Below, one piece after another: positions 40,459 to 55,300 of a stretch of DNA of 64,000 nt. The number at the start of each line of letters is the position of its first letter. The first letter of the stretch is position 1. Source of the stretch: Raillietiella orientalis (taxonomy: Eukaryota); assembly GCA_036172245.1 (NCBI GenBank), contig JAYWIR010000020.1:992001-1056000 (forward strand), read 5' to 3'. The notes below the pieces were generated by a model, which was not told where the DNA came from, searched no databases, and saw only the letters and a list, made by a program, of their open reading frames with translations. A program made the position numbers and the translations under genes.

Positions 40459-40704
40459 TTTAGGCGACAGCTGCGGACTTTTATCAGTGAAATTCAGTTA
40501 TGTGCTAGCGTGGAAAGCAACAGGGGGGAGGAGAAACCAAGGGTTACCTGGCAACTCATGCCCATGCAAAAACCGGCACGATTTTTGGTGGAGGAGGCCA
40601 CCTCCATCCGAAACACGGCTGTGTGGGGGTTTTGCTGAGCGATTTTCCACGAAGTGACTGGTAGCTAGTTTTGAAATTGCATTTCTCTCGTGGAGCCGGA
40701 AGTA
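40459..40704 (+). repeat. Diverged ~250-nt interspersed repeat B, copy 1
   Basis: Shares tttaggc.acagct, agcaacagg, ggcaactc.tgcccatg.aaaaacc, tccatccg.aacacggctgt and tgaaattgcatttctctcg.ggagccg with 43090-43336. Confidence 0.85.
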
Positions 40705-42535
40705 CTCTTCGGGAATTCCGCGGCATATGAATCCACGGATCCACGTATCCATCAACACCTACTTGCACATTTGTTTTGATATAAGTTAAAGCCATCCTCC
40801 CGATAGTATGGACTGAATTCTTCCGTGTTCGCCTCTCGGTGCTTGTCGAGAGGAGAACGTGCAAGGATTGTTCCATCTGTTTGTTCTGTCGGATACGAAT
40901 TTGCGCTCCACGAGTGGATTCAAAGAGAGGTTGAAGAATTCGAAGAGTCATTTTCACCAGAGGCAATTGCACTTTATCTGCACCCTTATATTTTAGGTAT
41001 TATGGCGTGCGTGCGTGCTTATCGCGTGTTCTTGTCGTGCGTATGAAGCACACCGGTAGCTATGAATTCCTGTTTTCCTGAATCCTAAATGTCATTTATG
41101 CGGAATTGCGCTGACTAACACAGTGATGTGTAATTTTTTTGTTTTCGATTGGGAGGGTGAAGAGGAACCTACGAATACAAAGTAAATGGAAGACTCAGAG
41201 AGAACTCGAGATGAAAATAAGGGAGACCGAAGAGAAGTGAGCTGATTGCTTTTTACACTGCAGCGATTCCAAGTCTTGCATCCTTCGTAAATCCTTGATA
41301 AACAGATCAGCGGGATCGAAAACTATCAAACATGATTGTTTCCCAGTCCCCAGAATCACGTGGGTGGATGCCCGTTTATTGGCAAATTAAAGGAAGAGTT
41401 TTATTTGTACCCTTTCCTGACAGATTCATCTCCGTAATTTATGCACCACTTTCACTTATCAGCAATGAAACGCGTCTTTCGCCCAGTTTAGACAAAACGA
41501 AAGCACATAGAAGGAAAAAAAGGCCATCCATCTTAATAAGTCCTCTCGACAGTCGAATTCGATGCCGCTTCATCTGTTATGGATTTGCAAGCTCAAAACG
41601 TCTCTTTCCGAATTGCTGAAGAATCAGCTCCGCAGCATCCAGATCAGACAAATTCCGAATCCCGTTTGATGCCATTCCAGTACTCTTAATGACTCTGCCC
41701 TCCCTTTTCTATCCCTGGAAAGTCCTTGATTCTTTGCTTCACTTCCCGTGTTTTATATTTCTTGTCTGATTTCCAAGTTTCCACCGTCTTCCATTGTCCG
41801 TTTGGTTTCTCGACGTTCGAGCTCTCTTGTTGACCTTTCGAAGCACTGAAGGCGGAGGGAAATTTCGACGTGTGATTTACAAATGAAGTCCCTTTTACCA
41901 GGGATTTTTCATTCCTCTCAGATGTGAACGTCGCAATACGGTAGTGCTTTTATTTCACAAGGAACACCTAGTCTTTCGGCTGCAATTCGATCATAGTTTC
42001 ACCCCATTCCTGAAACTGATGCGAATCCACGATGCTTTCACATTCGACTACTATCGTGCCTGTTTCCGTCTTGCCTGTGATGGATGGAATGTTCCATGGC
42101 ATCGCGATGGCATTTTCAATTTTTCGTTGTCAAGATCACTTAAGCGCTCGCTTTCGTCAATGCATTAGCGTGCTGTTTCTTGGTTTCAAAGAAACCAAGC
42201 AAACAGGTTTGTTGGATGAGGAAATCATCGACGACCGCGAAAGAAGAAAAGATACGTTACGTTGCACGGACACGTTCATTCACTACCGCGCATGACAGAC
42301 GTAATCTTTGGTCAAAGGTCTTGCTTGGATGCTCTCAGTCGGCTGCCTTCTCAAACTTGAGAATTCTTCATTTGCCCTCAAGCAAGGAAGAACTCTTACC
42401 AGCTTCGAAATTTTTTCTTTTTGCGACCTTATTGGAGGAAGATTACCTCGTTGTCCTAGTGAGGCCTTGATAGGAAAGCAGAGAAGCATGAGCGCTTCAA
42501 AGTGAGATTCAGACGTGTTTTTTTCCATTTCGGAA

Positions 42536-42640
42536 GTTCGAGCCTTGCTTCTGGCACAAGGAAACCCTGACGAAGAGCGATTGGTGAACCGCCTCCTCAG
42601 CGAAGACCTCAACTACAATGTGATCTGATACTGATCCAGG
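42536..42640 (+). pseudogene. Nicotinic acetylcholine receptor subunit N-terminal exon relic
   Basis: Reads VRALLLAQGNPDEERLVNRLLSEDLNYNVI*, resembling nAChR mature N-termini (NPDAKRLYDDLLSNYN.LIRP; DEERLVRDLF..YN). Disrupted by a stop and a short duplication (tgatctgatactgatc). No further exons recognised. Confidence 0.5.
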
Positions 42641-43089
42641 CTAAAAAGGCAATTCAGGATTGCTTTTCACATAATACATATGGATGATGTTGCGTATGTA
42701 CATACCCGATAGGAACACGCGCGTGCTTGTACATGTGATGTAGATTACACACGTAGGCTTCAGAACTTTAAAAAAATATCCTTGCCTCAATTGGAGTGGT
42801 GCTCCCTGGAATCCGCTCAAAATAGAGGAATTGAAGTTGTTATCAAAGGAGCTCGTTAACGGTGACCATGCTTCCGCCATATCGGCATTTGTTTCTGAAC
42901 ATGATTCCCCCCTCCCTCATGGTATATGTAGATGATTTCCATCTCTGAAGTGAGTAAGCTTAAAGATCACTTCAATAAAGGTTCCCAATTCTCATGTTCC
43001 CTCCTTTTTTGACAAAAGAGAGGAACGAAAGGACTCGACTTTTCTTAAAATTGTCTTTCCTTTGCACTTTCGGAGGAGCCGTTGGCAGA

Positions 43090-43336
43090 GTTTAGGCAAC
43101 AGCTTTTTTCGGTGAGATCGAAGGTTACGAGCAACCAGCCGTAGGCAGCAACAGGAAGGGGAGACCAAGAGTTGCCCGGCAACTCTTGCCCATGTAAAAA
43201 CCTTTTTTTTTGCCATTTCCATCCGGAACACGGCTGTCTGAGGGTTCTTCTGTGTCCCTCTTTCACGATGTGATTGGTAGGTAGCTCTGAAATTGCATTT
43301 CTCTCGCGGAGCCGCTTTCCACGGGAGACGGAAGTA
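43090..43336 (+). repeat. Diverged ~250-nt interspersed repeat B, copy 2
   Basis: Same blocks in the same order as 40459-40704, 2.6 kb downstream. Confidence 0.85.
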
Positions 43337-46300
43337 TACCCGAGTTAGGATCAATTTCATTGACAAAAAAAAAAAAAACGTTCATAAAATGCATCATCAT
43401 CGATTGATAATCGGACATGTTTCCCATTGCCAGTATACCTTTCAGTGTTTTCTGATTCGACATATTTGTCAGACATCTCACGTACCTGGCAAAAACTTTG
43501 TTCTTTCAGCCTCTAGCTTTTTCAGTCGCCTTTGTCTCCTCAACCCATGACCTATGGTTCTACTTGCGTGTGTATGATAACACTTGCAGTGTCTCTTCTT
43601 TCCACTGGAGAAAGGCCTCGCTTACCAGTATTTACAGGTCAAGCTCGGTTCCATAATGAATAAACTGAAATTTGCAGTTCTAGTGGGATTTAATGAATCA
43701 TATAATAAAAGAATCGTCTGTCTGCAATTGTATCGGTTCGCTTTGAAAGTACAGTTATGCAGAACGAATGAAACGTTTCTAATCGTCTTTTCGATACTTT
43801 TTTGGCTCATTTTGCCTTGCAAGCTGATTAAAGCGATCAAAGGTCGCCGTCTCGAAATTCGAAGTCCACCGAAGAAGGCTTGGATTGACCTGAGCTTGCA
43901 CTTGGGACCATTTATCCTGGGTCCGCTTTCGAGGCTGTCCCTACTTCCCTGATCCAAAGCCGTCTTCCAAATTTACTAAAATAAACAAGCTACTCGGGCT
44001 GCATTCTAACAGCTCTGCTGGTACTCAAAGAAATCTGAAAGGAAACATTCCACGCGCGTTGGAAATATACTTATTCTCATTGGAGAATAGTTTCTTATTT
44101 ACTTATTGGGACAATAATTGTGCTAAATTTTTACTAGCTTGCAGTTATTGTCCTTAATCAGCTGAAAAGGGACAGTGGCTGCTCTGAACGAGGAAGCAAG
44201 CATTACCATTGGCGGAGAAATTGCTTTGCGCAGAAACCAATTCTGTTTCCAATTGCCCAAACAGTTTACTGTTCTTCCTCTCCTTTTCTGTCCAGAATCA
44301 TGACTGTGACCTTCATAGTTTCAGTTCGAACATAACCCTTCTTTTTCGATCTACATGCTAAATGTGTTTCTTCAGTTAATGGTAGTTAACGAAATTTTTT
44401 AAATCTTCTAAGAGGAAACCTTTCTCAAACTAAACTAGCGAGATTAAACTCTGTTCGTTTAACAACAAGCCGATTTACCGATTCCTAAAATCTAAATAGA
44501 TCAAAATTTCACGGGAATCAACGTGTCATTAAGAACGCCTTCATGACATATTGAAAGAATTTACGCTGCAACGCCCTCCTTGAAGGTCCATTTGTTGAAG
44601 TTTAAGTTCAACTTGTTCGAATCCTGCAAATAGGGAAAGGTCATTGGTTTTCTTTTATTCCTTCCGCAGTTTTGATGGTTAATGATTTGATGGTTACTCT
44701 GGTTAATGATTTCAAGCGATCGTTCGACTTCCGGTGTCCTTGTAGGTCAATCCGTGTCACTGGTTTATCATTCGCTGATCATGCATCAGTCTGTTCTGAG
44801 CATTTTCAGCTACCCCGCATTATAAAGTTGAGTTCCTTCATTTTACATGAGCTTGGTAATCCTTGCACACTAATGATGCATTTGGGTGGAAACGTGCTCG
44901 TCGGATGAAATTAGAAGTAGACGGTACGACTTGATCGGTTTGTGCGTGTCGAGCCTGCCCACAGTGACAGATCAATGCGATCCTATCCGTTCACATCCTA
45001 TCCGGGAGATCCCCGAACGCAATAACCAGGTCTGATTTCGAAGTTGTACCCTCTGAAGTTCCATCGCACCTTGGAGAGAGAACCGACGAGCGAGAAACTA
45101 ATGTTCCCACTTGGCAATTTGCCAACTTTTGAGCTTTTCTCCCTACTCTTGGATGCCGTCTGTGACCACTTTCGCTCACAGCGTACGCCGAGTACGTTTC
45201 GAAGATGTTTATTTTCCGAATTTGGTTTTCCTTTTTCTTTCCTTGTGCTGCCTTCATCCTGAGATGCCATGCGTCTCGGACTTGAAGATTCTGGCATTTA
45301 CTTTTCTGGCTTTTCTGGTTACTTTTCTGGCATTCGCCAGAAAGTAACCCCCAAAAATGCAGCTTAGGAAAAACCACCGTTAGTTCTTCCTGCAGATAAA
45401 TCACGGTGACTTCCATTTCCGTGCCTTCGTAGAGTTTCCGATTCCATGGAGTGAGCCACATTTCAGCACTTCGGTTTGATTTAAACAAGCTATTCTTTAT
45501 CACACGTTACACTTCCACTCCTTCACAGCATCCCCTCTCTGTTTCAGCGCATCGGATCTTTCAGCGCTTCAGAATCTTCGGTTGGGCCTTTCCTTTCCAT
45601 CTGAACGTGGACGTGACATTGAAATCCTTCCAGTTAAACTTCATAAGAGGGTTCTGCGTTCAGACCGGTGTTGCTTCAGTGGTATTCATAATCCTGTTTG
45701 CACAGACACCGTATCCACTGGCGTTTCCTGGAAACCAAGATATCGCGTTTTCGATCGGTTTCTCTTGGGACAGGAGTTAGCTTGCTTCCCCGAAAACATG
45801 TTGTGTACCCTGCGATGCGGAAGCAGAGCCGAATTGTATGGAAAAGGAAAACACAGTGAAACGGACAAGTGCGGAGAGATCATCTCGGTTTGGAGACAAC
45901 TGACTCGCGTTCCGACCAAGTCCGCTAGCGTTTGTGCTTTCGTTCGGGCGCCCGTGTGCCGAGAGGTCTCGATTTGAAGCCTGAGACGAGAGCAGCTCGA
46001 AATTCCACGTCGGCATCAGCATCCGAAGAGTTTTTTCCAATAGGAGCCAATTGTTACACAGGGAAAGCCCAGCATCTGGCAAAGAAATCAAGTCCGCATC
46101 CACGTTACCTGAGCAGCATTTCGCTTGAGCTTTTCCCTCCTAATGCTTCTTTATCTGTGGTGACCAGGATAGGAAGTGTGACCAGTGCTTTTACACTCCA
46201 GCTGCCATCAAATAAATAGTGAAAAAGGAATGCACCTGGATGCACTACCGGAACGTTGGAAACAGAAGACGGAGACGTATTCGATCTGATTTCAGAATTG

Positions 46301-49300
46301 AGCATTGGCCTCAACTGGGGCCATTCAATCCGGAATTTCTAACTTCACTTCCAGGAACTCTGCACAGGAAGTTTGCTGTAGGACAGAAGTACACGATAGG
46401 CTCGGGCTGATGAGCGAAGAGTGCAAATAAAAATTCAGCGGTAGCACTGGTATTGGTGCGGCTGTTCCCGCATCACTTTTCACATAAAGCAACCTCACCT
46501 TCTGCACTATTTCACCAGAGTGACTTGTTCTCAAAAAGGAAATCTGAAACAGGATCCAGAATTGGCATTGTCTTCTTCAAAGAAGAAAAGGAAAGCATTT
46601 GCTGGGGCACTGTGTCCGCATGATTGGCTAGAAATTGGTCTTCTGCTTATCAAGATCGACATAGCGTCCTCTCGGATCATATGGGCAGCTCCAAGCCCAC
46701 TGCAGAAGCAGCTTCCAGAATGCTCACGCGCGTTTCAAAAGAAAACAAACAAAAGGTTTCCCATTTTCATTATTTGCACTATAATTATTTGGAGGCTGCT
46801 TTTGGTAGGATCCTCGTGAGGAGTGATGTCTGAGCTCAGAAGTTCTGGATAAAATGACGAACCTCAAATGCATTCGTGTCCTACAGCAAATAAAAGAATT
46901 TGCCCGGATCTCAGTTTTTCCAGTTTCCGCAATCATGAAAATTCCTTGGATAAGGGATGGGTCCTCCTACTCTTCCTTGGGATGAGATCCCAAGATCAAG
47001 AGGAGTGCCAAGGGGCACGCCGGAAGACGAGAAAGGAACACTTGGTGCTCGTTGCGTAAGGAAGCCTCGTCTCGCTTACGCAGAGCGGCTTAGGGAACTC
47101 TCGAGAACTCGCTCTTCGGGTTGCACGCGGCTTCCTTTCTCCTCCCTGGATGTTTCGTTCGTTTCTCCCGGGGAAGAGTTCGTCAGAAATGAACGGTATC
47201 TCTTCTATCCTTCCTCCCGAGAGGTTCTCTTGTATTGCGGGTCTGGATCAGGGAGAGCAGGAAAGAAGGAAGGGAGGATCCCAGTTGATCTCAAAGTCTC
47301 TCCAAACCAACTTTTATCGTCCCTCGATGACCACCGCCGATCCAGAGTCATATCTCTTGGTTTCCCGGAACAAAATCTTCATGCATCCCACGACCGATTC
47401 GATAATCTAACAGTCTGAGGTGCGAAATGCACAGCACAGGGGAAGCTCAGCGCTTTGGGGCAATGAAGCTCACTGCATCCTCCATCAACCGCCTCTCGCG
47501 AACTGGCACCTCACTTTTATTCATTTCTGGCTCCCCACGATGGGCATCCCACCCATCGTTCTGCTTCTCTCTTCGAGTTTCCTTAGGAGACGGCTCTGGG
47601 GGATGTCTGGGTCTTCCTGTTCGAGACTGGTCGCCTTGGAGGAAAGTTTTCCCTCTCCTGGAGCAGATGCCTTCCTGCTCACCACTGTCTCCCATGCAAC
47701 GAACGTTTGTATTTGCGGAAGAAACGGAGGGGATGAGAGGGGCACGTTGGTTAGGTGATGAGTAAGGAAAAGAATGCTGAGCAGACGAAAAGTGAAGATT
47801 TATGTGGTTCGGATGCCGCGGGAAGAGAGGGAAAACTTGTTGAGAAGAGGCTATCCGCTTACCGTGAACAGTCAGACAAGTGCAAGAGCGACCACCACGA
47901 AATCTAAGATCGCTGAAGTCGTTCTTGAGCAGAAAACATTTCCGAAGTGTTCCTCGTGTTGCATACTTTGATCAAGAAGCACGAAGAGTGGCCAGAGTGT
48001 TTTCAAAAACTTGGAAAGCTTCCGCTCCTTTCGATAGAGCACACTTGACAGTTGGCCGCCATGTTCACTGCGTGAATTTTCCTTTTCCGCTCGTTGGTGG
48101 TTGGCTTTTTGTTTCAGTCATGCTGTTTCTTTTAGATGGTCACTGAAAGTGTTCTGCACTAAAATCTTTCTTTTTTTTCTTCTTCCCATTATCTCCGTGG
48201 TAGGTCAGCCGCGAGGATGGTAAAGATGAGTATTCCTGTTTCCCAGTCACAGGAAGCTCTGACTAGTTCCGAAGGCCTAAAAGAAAAAGGCAGCTGAAGA
48301 GTATGAGTGCTCTCAAGGAAACAAGTGGCTATGCTATATGCAGAATAAACGTTCCTCCTAAATAAATGTCTGTCTTTCGTTCCTTAAAAAGAACACTTTT
48401 TTTCTGATTCGTGTACACCAACTAATCGATGGTTTCTGCAGAAGGAAGGAGCTGAGGTGACCTAATGGAATTGACATCATGAATTCGAAGTTTCTAAAGA
48501 GACTGCTAAATGGAGAAACTGACAGCGATGAATTCCTTTATACGTTAAGGAAGGTATAATCTAAAATATAAATAGGCCGCGCATACCAAGGCGTTTGATC
48601 AGTATACAAATAGCAAACTGGGAAGGAAATAACTCTTAATGGTGTGTTTGAGATTTTCTCTAGTGGACTGAGAGCTCTTTTTAGCCTTCTGGAATTATGG
48701 AAGGAAAACGAAAGCTTTCGACGCAACGGATGCTCGGGCGAGAATCAATAGGAGCTTCTTTCAGACATCGTATTGTGTTGTGAAAGGATTTGGACAAAAG
48801 AGGCCTTAGAGGACGCATCATGTAGCAAAGCTGGAGAGGAATTTTACATCGTGTTTATTGAAGCCTCTTACATTGAAGCTCCTTACACATTTACGTGCGT
48901 AAATGCATAGAGCTGAAGCGCTTGAGACATCTGAAAGAACCAAGAAGCTCGCGAAGATAGGATTGGTTGCAGTCAGGTCATAACCTGAGAAACCAAGAAA
49001 AGCTGAAGAAGAGTGCTCTTGAGTAGCAGAGTAGAAATACCGACAGTGATTTTCCTGTTCTTCAACTTGTAATTTTGATCACATCAAATTGTTGCTGCCT
49101 CTCGGTATTGATCAGGAGCGAACTCAGAAGCTGAGGTTCGTTTCTGTAACTACCATCACGTTACGAGTAATGAGCTTCCTTCAAATAGGAATACAGAAAC
49201 AACGCAGTAGGCAGCCACATCCCCGTATGAAAAGTATCCAAAGCGATAGATTCCCGAGCCACGTTTGTTTGCGCCCTTCTCACAAAGTGGATGAACTCCA

Positions 49301-52300
49301 GACTCAGGAAGAATTAGCAGTGAGTTTGTTAACCATAAGGCAAAGACTAATTGAAAATCAAGAAACTTTCGCGTCAAAAGGAAGCTGGATAATGATCAAA
49401 GGAAAGACAGAGTAATGAGAAGAGACGAAACGAAATTAAAAAAATCTCTTTTGCGTTCGGAGAAGAGTTGTGGCTAAGTGTGCTCCCATATTAATAATTT
49501 CTCCATAAGTATAGCAGCGTGAAGAAAATAGCACATATGGGTTTTTAATTACGCATCATCGAGTTACTTGGAGGAATCCACAGGCTGACTTCCGCTTTTT
49601 GTTTACTTTCCTTTTGGCTTGCCTGCTCATGTGCTTCGGAAACACAAAAATAAACTCCAAACATGGGAAAAAGATAAAAACCTACAGAAGGAACCTACAG
49701 ATGGTTTTATCATCCCACATTCTACTTCTCATACAGAATTTTCAACCTGTGCAAGAACATAAATGCAATATGTATTGCAGTTTTGATCTAAGAGCAGCTC
49801 TCCCAGACTTGATCAATCAACATCAGTTTTCTTTTCGCACTAAGCAGCTGTCGATATACAAGACAGAGCATAGTTGTACAGAAACGATTGTGCACAAAAT
49901 TAGAGCTTCATTAAACGAATCCTTAATTCGCAGTAGCTCTTCACAGTAAGTGAGCTCTCTGTTTCCTTGGCATCCACTAAAACTCTGAGGCACATGAGGG
50001 CAGATAGTCCAAGGCATAGTTTGTTGCGGTCCTCCAGAAGATTTGTTCCTCAGAATTACTACAATGTTTATCATGTTTCATTGCTTCGAACTGAATATTT
50101 TTTGGAACCTACAATTTTAGACTTGGCAATCTTGTCAGTGTTATTAACGTGCAGCATCATCTGTTATAAACAAGAAAGCTTTGTACAGAACTTCTTTTCA
50201 TGAAAATAGTGTGCACCTCTTGACTTGGGACTGCAAGGGCGAAAACGAACGGCTGTGGGTGCTCAAGCACGGATTCCATGCAGATGAAACCTAAACGCGC
50301 GGAAACATGATGCAGCAGTCAAAGGTCCTGCCAAAAGATTTTTTAGGAACGTTCAGAAAATAAATCACACAAGATAAGCACAAATCGATGCAAAGTACCG
50401 TTCCTTGGATCGTCGTTCACATCTTCGACAGCTTGTCGACAGTCTCTTTAGAGCTTATCATTTCTCAAATCGCTTTCTCTCAACTACTCTGAAGTGGTTC
50501 GTTTTATCAGTCTTCGTCAATTGCAAAATGCACTTTCGATTCATTCCTGTGAAAATGCGGAGCCTCGGTTGGGAGGCACGCAAAACAGAACCGACCATTT
50601 TCTTCTTATGGCCCGTTTTGTCCCGACTTCTAAGGAAAAACAAGGCTTCTTTCGTAGATTTTCTTCGGTTTTGAACAGGACGACCTCGAGGTTCATTTCA
50701 TTGTCCTAAAGGAAAACAAAGTGACCATGGCTCTCCGTAAGCCTCATCTGGAAGTATCGCGGCTGACTCCAAAGTGAAAGTTCATTGGCGTTCTTATCAG
50801 CTGACTTGCTCTTTTCTCCGATTCTTCAAGAGCGCTTTGATGTGTCGTAAATTTCGAAACCTTTCTCGGCCGAAATGTTTATATCGAATCTCGAGCCCTA
50901 TCCAGTTTTCCTCGAGAAACTTCAATGAATTCCCTGTGCTTTTATGAGTTTTCCATAAATGAAACTGAAGTGCATCACGTACTTTTATGAGATCTTCATA
51001 AAGCTGATAAGTTTCCTATGCTTAGAAATTTCCATGCAGAATACCCGATCTGCGCATGCTGTTTTGGAAGTCCGCCGCCACCATTCGCAGACTGATTTTG
51101 ATTCCACAAAGTGTTTTTGCAGTCCACGCCGACTGATAGGTCCACTCTGCTTGAAAAGCTGTTGTATTTCGAGCCACTCTAAAGCGTTCGGTTTGAAGCT
51201 TCTTTTATGCCTTTGACGATGAAAGGAAGATGAGGAGTCATGAAGGCGCCAATGAACCAATAGCCTAGTTTGGATCCCATTGATCAAGGAAACGAGCAAT
51301 AAATGATGGTTAGCTCGTTATAAGCTATGACTTGGTCAATGAATTAAGAAACTGTAGTTGAGATATGCATTTCCTTCTGAGGCTCGGTGTGTTTCGTAGA
51401 ATGGCTCCCTCGGAGTCGGTGCTTTTTGCAGAGCTCCGAGACAAAGTGCAATATGCAGGCAGCTTTCAGGAAGCAGCCTCGAAGATATCACATATCTCAT
51501 ACGACAAAGAAAACTCCTTCTTTGAAGAGATTCTTCCACCTAAGAAGGAACCAAGGCGGAAAGGATCGGAACCGTAAGGGATGAGATCCCTGTCATGCCT
51601 TCTGCCAAATGGCATGGAAGGAGTGCTGGAGATCTCAAGATAAAAACCAGAACGTGGGCGTAGATCTTGCATTTTTCTGATCACAAAAGGATCAATCAAT
51701 CCTTCAGGAGCAATTCATCTCTTTGGAAACCTTCTCTGATCATTGAAGTATTTGCTTTGATGTTCGCTTTTGATCCCATTGCAGTCAGATGTGCCGGGAA
51801 AAATTAATCTAAATATTTCTGGAATTTTAGCGGATTGCCTAAGGAAAGTGGTTAGCTACTTCGACTGCTGAAGACCTGAACAAATCGGACTTTTTTCTTT
51901 CCAGCCCAAATTTCATGAAGTCACACTCTATTCTTCAAGGAAGGAACTTATCGATCATTCCAGCTTTCCTCATTCGTAATTTCGACACGGAAGTGTCATC
52001 GAAGTGGAACTGTCTCGACTCCTATTTTGGTTTTCCTGGTTAATCACCAAAGCGGGTTCTGTACACAAGCGTGTTTCACACAATTATTTCGTGCGCCTAG
52101 GATGAAAATCCTAAAGAATATCTGTTCCAGATATTCTTGAAATGTTTTCTCTTACAAGTTCATTGAGCTGCGTAAGCTGCGTGAACGGAGAAGTTTCACA
52201 GGTGATTTTCTTATCTCACCCAACTCTTTCTAGGATGCTTTTATCATTCCTCTCAAGCTTGGCAAAAACTCTCTTTACAATCGAAATTTCTGCTGTTTTT

Positions 52301-55300
52301 TTCTTTTTTTTTTTTGGCATGCGGAACAAGACGAACATGAGTCTGCCGAAAGCCAATTTTCCTACTTCCTTTTTTTCCCCTTTGCTTGCGACATTTCCAT
52401 GAGATCTCAGGCATTTTAGCCTTTAGTGAAAATATGAACCATGACAGTGCCTCATATTCCTGAGTAGTTACTCTGTGCCAGAATAATTACATTCTTTTGT
52501 CTGTTGTCTTTCATCATTCTGCTCAGAAGCGGCCTCCACAATCCAGGAATCATAAAGACAGCTCCAGTTTCTATCCAGGTCGTGTCTCATTAAGCATCTC
52601 ATCATTTAGACCGTTCCGTCCATCAGAACGGCGCCCACGAAGCACCTTTTTAAAATTCTAAATAGCATTTTTTTGACTTTGTTCCTCCTGTTCCTGTGGA
52701 AACGTTTTCGAATGCTCGGAGGGCATGCTCGTGCAATCTTGGATCGTATGACCCGGCATGATTCCTCCAATTAAACAGCAGCTGAGATGAGCTTATAAAT
52801 ATGTATAGTTTCGAAAACTGATTATTTGCTTCCTATTATTATATTTGCTTCATATTTGTCTCATACATCTATAAAGGGCATTATACCATGCTGCAGTCCT
52901 TTTTAAGTAGTCAGCATGATAGAAGGGTCCTGTTCATGTGATCGAAAATCGAGTTTACCTTCTACCGATCCGATCTTCAATAGTTACGTGACTTTGATTG
53001 CCATTTGTTCTTCTGTTTTTATTTTGCAGAAAAACACCAACTTTCAGAATCCTAGGATGCAGATCCTAAATGCTAATCTTTGGGAGCAATGAATTCCTTC
53101 CCTTTCCTTCACTATCGCGCTAAAATTCTCCGCTCGTCTCCGAGGATGTGGATCCCAGCGCAAAAGAATTTGCACTTTTCCCGCATACTTAAAGAGTTTG
53201 CTTTTACGCAAGAAGTAATCCCAAAAGCGCTCTCTGGGGGTGGGGGGCAGCATCATTGTATTCAAACCCGGGGCAATGCCGTGTTGGTTTTTTTTTTTTT
53301 TTTTTTTTTTACACTGTTTTATGTTGTCTACCACAGAAATTAGGCGCATCGTATTTACAGGACACCTTTTATTTCGCTAATCAAAAAAAAAAAAAAACTA
53401 TGCTACTGCAACCATCGGATTACCGTGCCGATTTCTACGAGCGCTGCACAGCCTTCCCTTAAGGAGAACCGTCTTCGGTGTTCCGTAGACGGAGGCTGTG
53501 TTGCAAGAGATGGAGCGTGACATGGAGCAGCTTCCGGCGCACCCCCGCTTCCCTTAATGCGGAGCCATCACCGGAGGCAGCGTTCGAAAATCGAAAAGAA
53601 ATCATTCGCAACAAAAATCCATCCCATCTTCAAATTTCTGCAGATGACCAAGTGATCTTGAAAATCATCGCCGACGTGTATTTTCAAATTCGGAGATTCT
53701 GTGTGTCTTATTCTTGCAGGCTAATAAGCGAGATTCCAGGATGATTTACGTAGGAATCCCATCCGTTAGAAAATAGTTCGATTCCATAATCTCTAGAAGT
53801 CTTGGAAAAGTTCACTGGGGGGAGCAGATCGTGTCAGCTATCTGTTCAAACAGCTTTCTTATCATGATTAAATGTATTTTCTTTCTCTTGGAAATGTGTA
53901 AATGTGCCTGTTTTTTGAATTTTGCAGCTTACACCAGATGCTTCCCTGTTATAGATAAAACACATTAAATTCAATGTCACCTGGATAAAAAGTCATGGAT
54001 GCAATGCAGAACAAATGTAGGGCAACCGAAAAAATTGCATAATCTTGCAATTCTGAGAATTTTCTGATAAGCAATTTCCAAAAAGGGATTCCCGAGTTAG
54101 TAAAAGCGAAATTTTGCCTTTTTGTTCCTTATGAAAGTAAATTACTCGTCCTAAGGATGCTAATTCGAATGCTGTAAAATCCTTGGGATGCTGGTTCGAG
54201 CGCTTTTCGAGTTTTGCGCTGAAGACAGCACTGCTTCTTCATCTTTGCGTACTGCCGAGCAGCTGTTTGTAGCCGTTGCTCATGGATTCCTTGCACGCAT
54301 TCTATACGAGTTTTTTAGAACTTGCATTTCTCCCTGAGATTTTAGAAAATGGCTGCTGTGTTGCGAACAGTGGAAGAAAACGAACAGCGTAGTTGACTCG
54401 CGTATCTGAATTTCCCAGATGCCAGCACTTACCCATGGCTGTCCTTCCGGGAAACATTGCTTTGCATTGGATTGGGTTTGAATGCTTTTAAAAAAAGCTG
54501 AGCTGTGCTGAGCGTTCTGAAGGGGAGGGGAGGGGGGTTGGCGGCGATGTAAACAAACATGTCGTAAAAGCAGATGATAGCTGAGGCTTCCATGACTGAA
54601 TTTTGAAAAACAGCAGCTGATGTCAGGGGTACCATCACTTTAGAACCCAGAAACGCGTTCATAATCATCGCAGCTTATCAATTGGTGAGCGCTGTTCAGG
54701 GGCAAAGAAATTACGCCGTGTTTTTTTTAGAAATTTGAAACTCACCCGTGGAAAGACGAAAATGACTGTAATACCGTCGCTTACACTTGAAAGCCTGGCG
54801 GGAGTGGGGTGGGAGGGGAAATCAGTCAATTCATTTCCTCCGTTGAATCTGCACAACTGCGTATTTTAGCAAAGGATTGGGAAGAACTGGAACCGACTCG
54901 GAATAATTGAATTCACGGAACTGCAGGGTTGAATTTCTGTGGGAGAGTTCCCGCGCAAAAGCGGTGCGTACGAATCTGAGGGTGCAGCATACCGTGCAGC
55001 CACCTGAAGAGTGCCAATTTTCCGACGTGGTAAGCTTCTCTAAGAACGCTAATGAATACGTTTGCAACGGTCAGAGATGAGAAAACGGAATTTCGTGAGA
55101 GGCAACTAACATCAGACATGGAACAAAAGGAATCGTTCCAACCTGCGGAGAACTGTGCACAGATGAGTGGATGGAAGAATCCACCACGGAGGAACGCCGC
55201 CACGATATTTTCAAACAGCCTCAAGCAATGTATTGCCTGGCAATTATCGCCAGCATTAACTAAATTCGAGAACGGAGGGTCCTGTCAAGGAAGCACCGAG

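Noticed and set aside
49089..49415. ETFASKGSW resembling the 'F...GSGW' motif of Polinton-like DNA polymerase proteins
   Set aside because: Single motif with no other polymerase or integrase sequence nearby.
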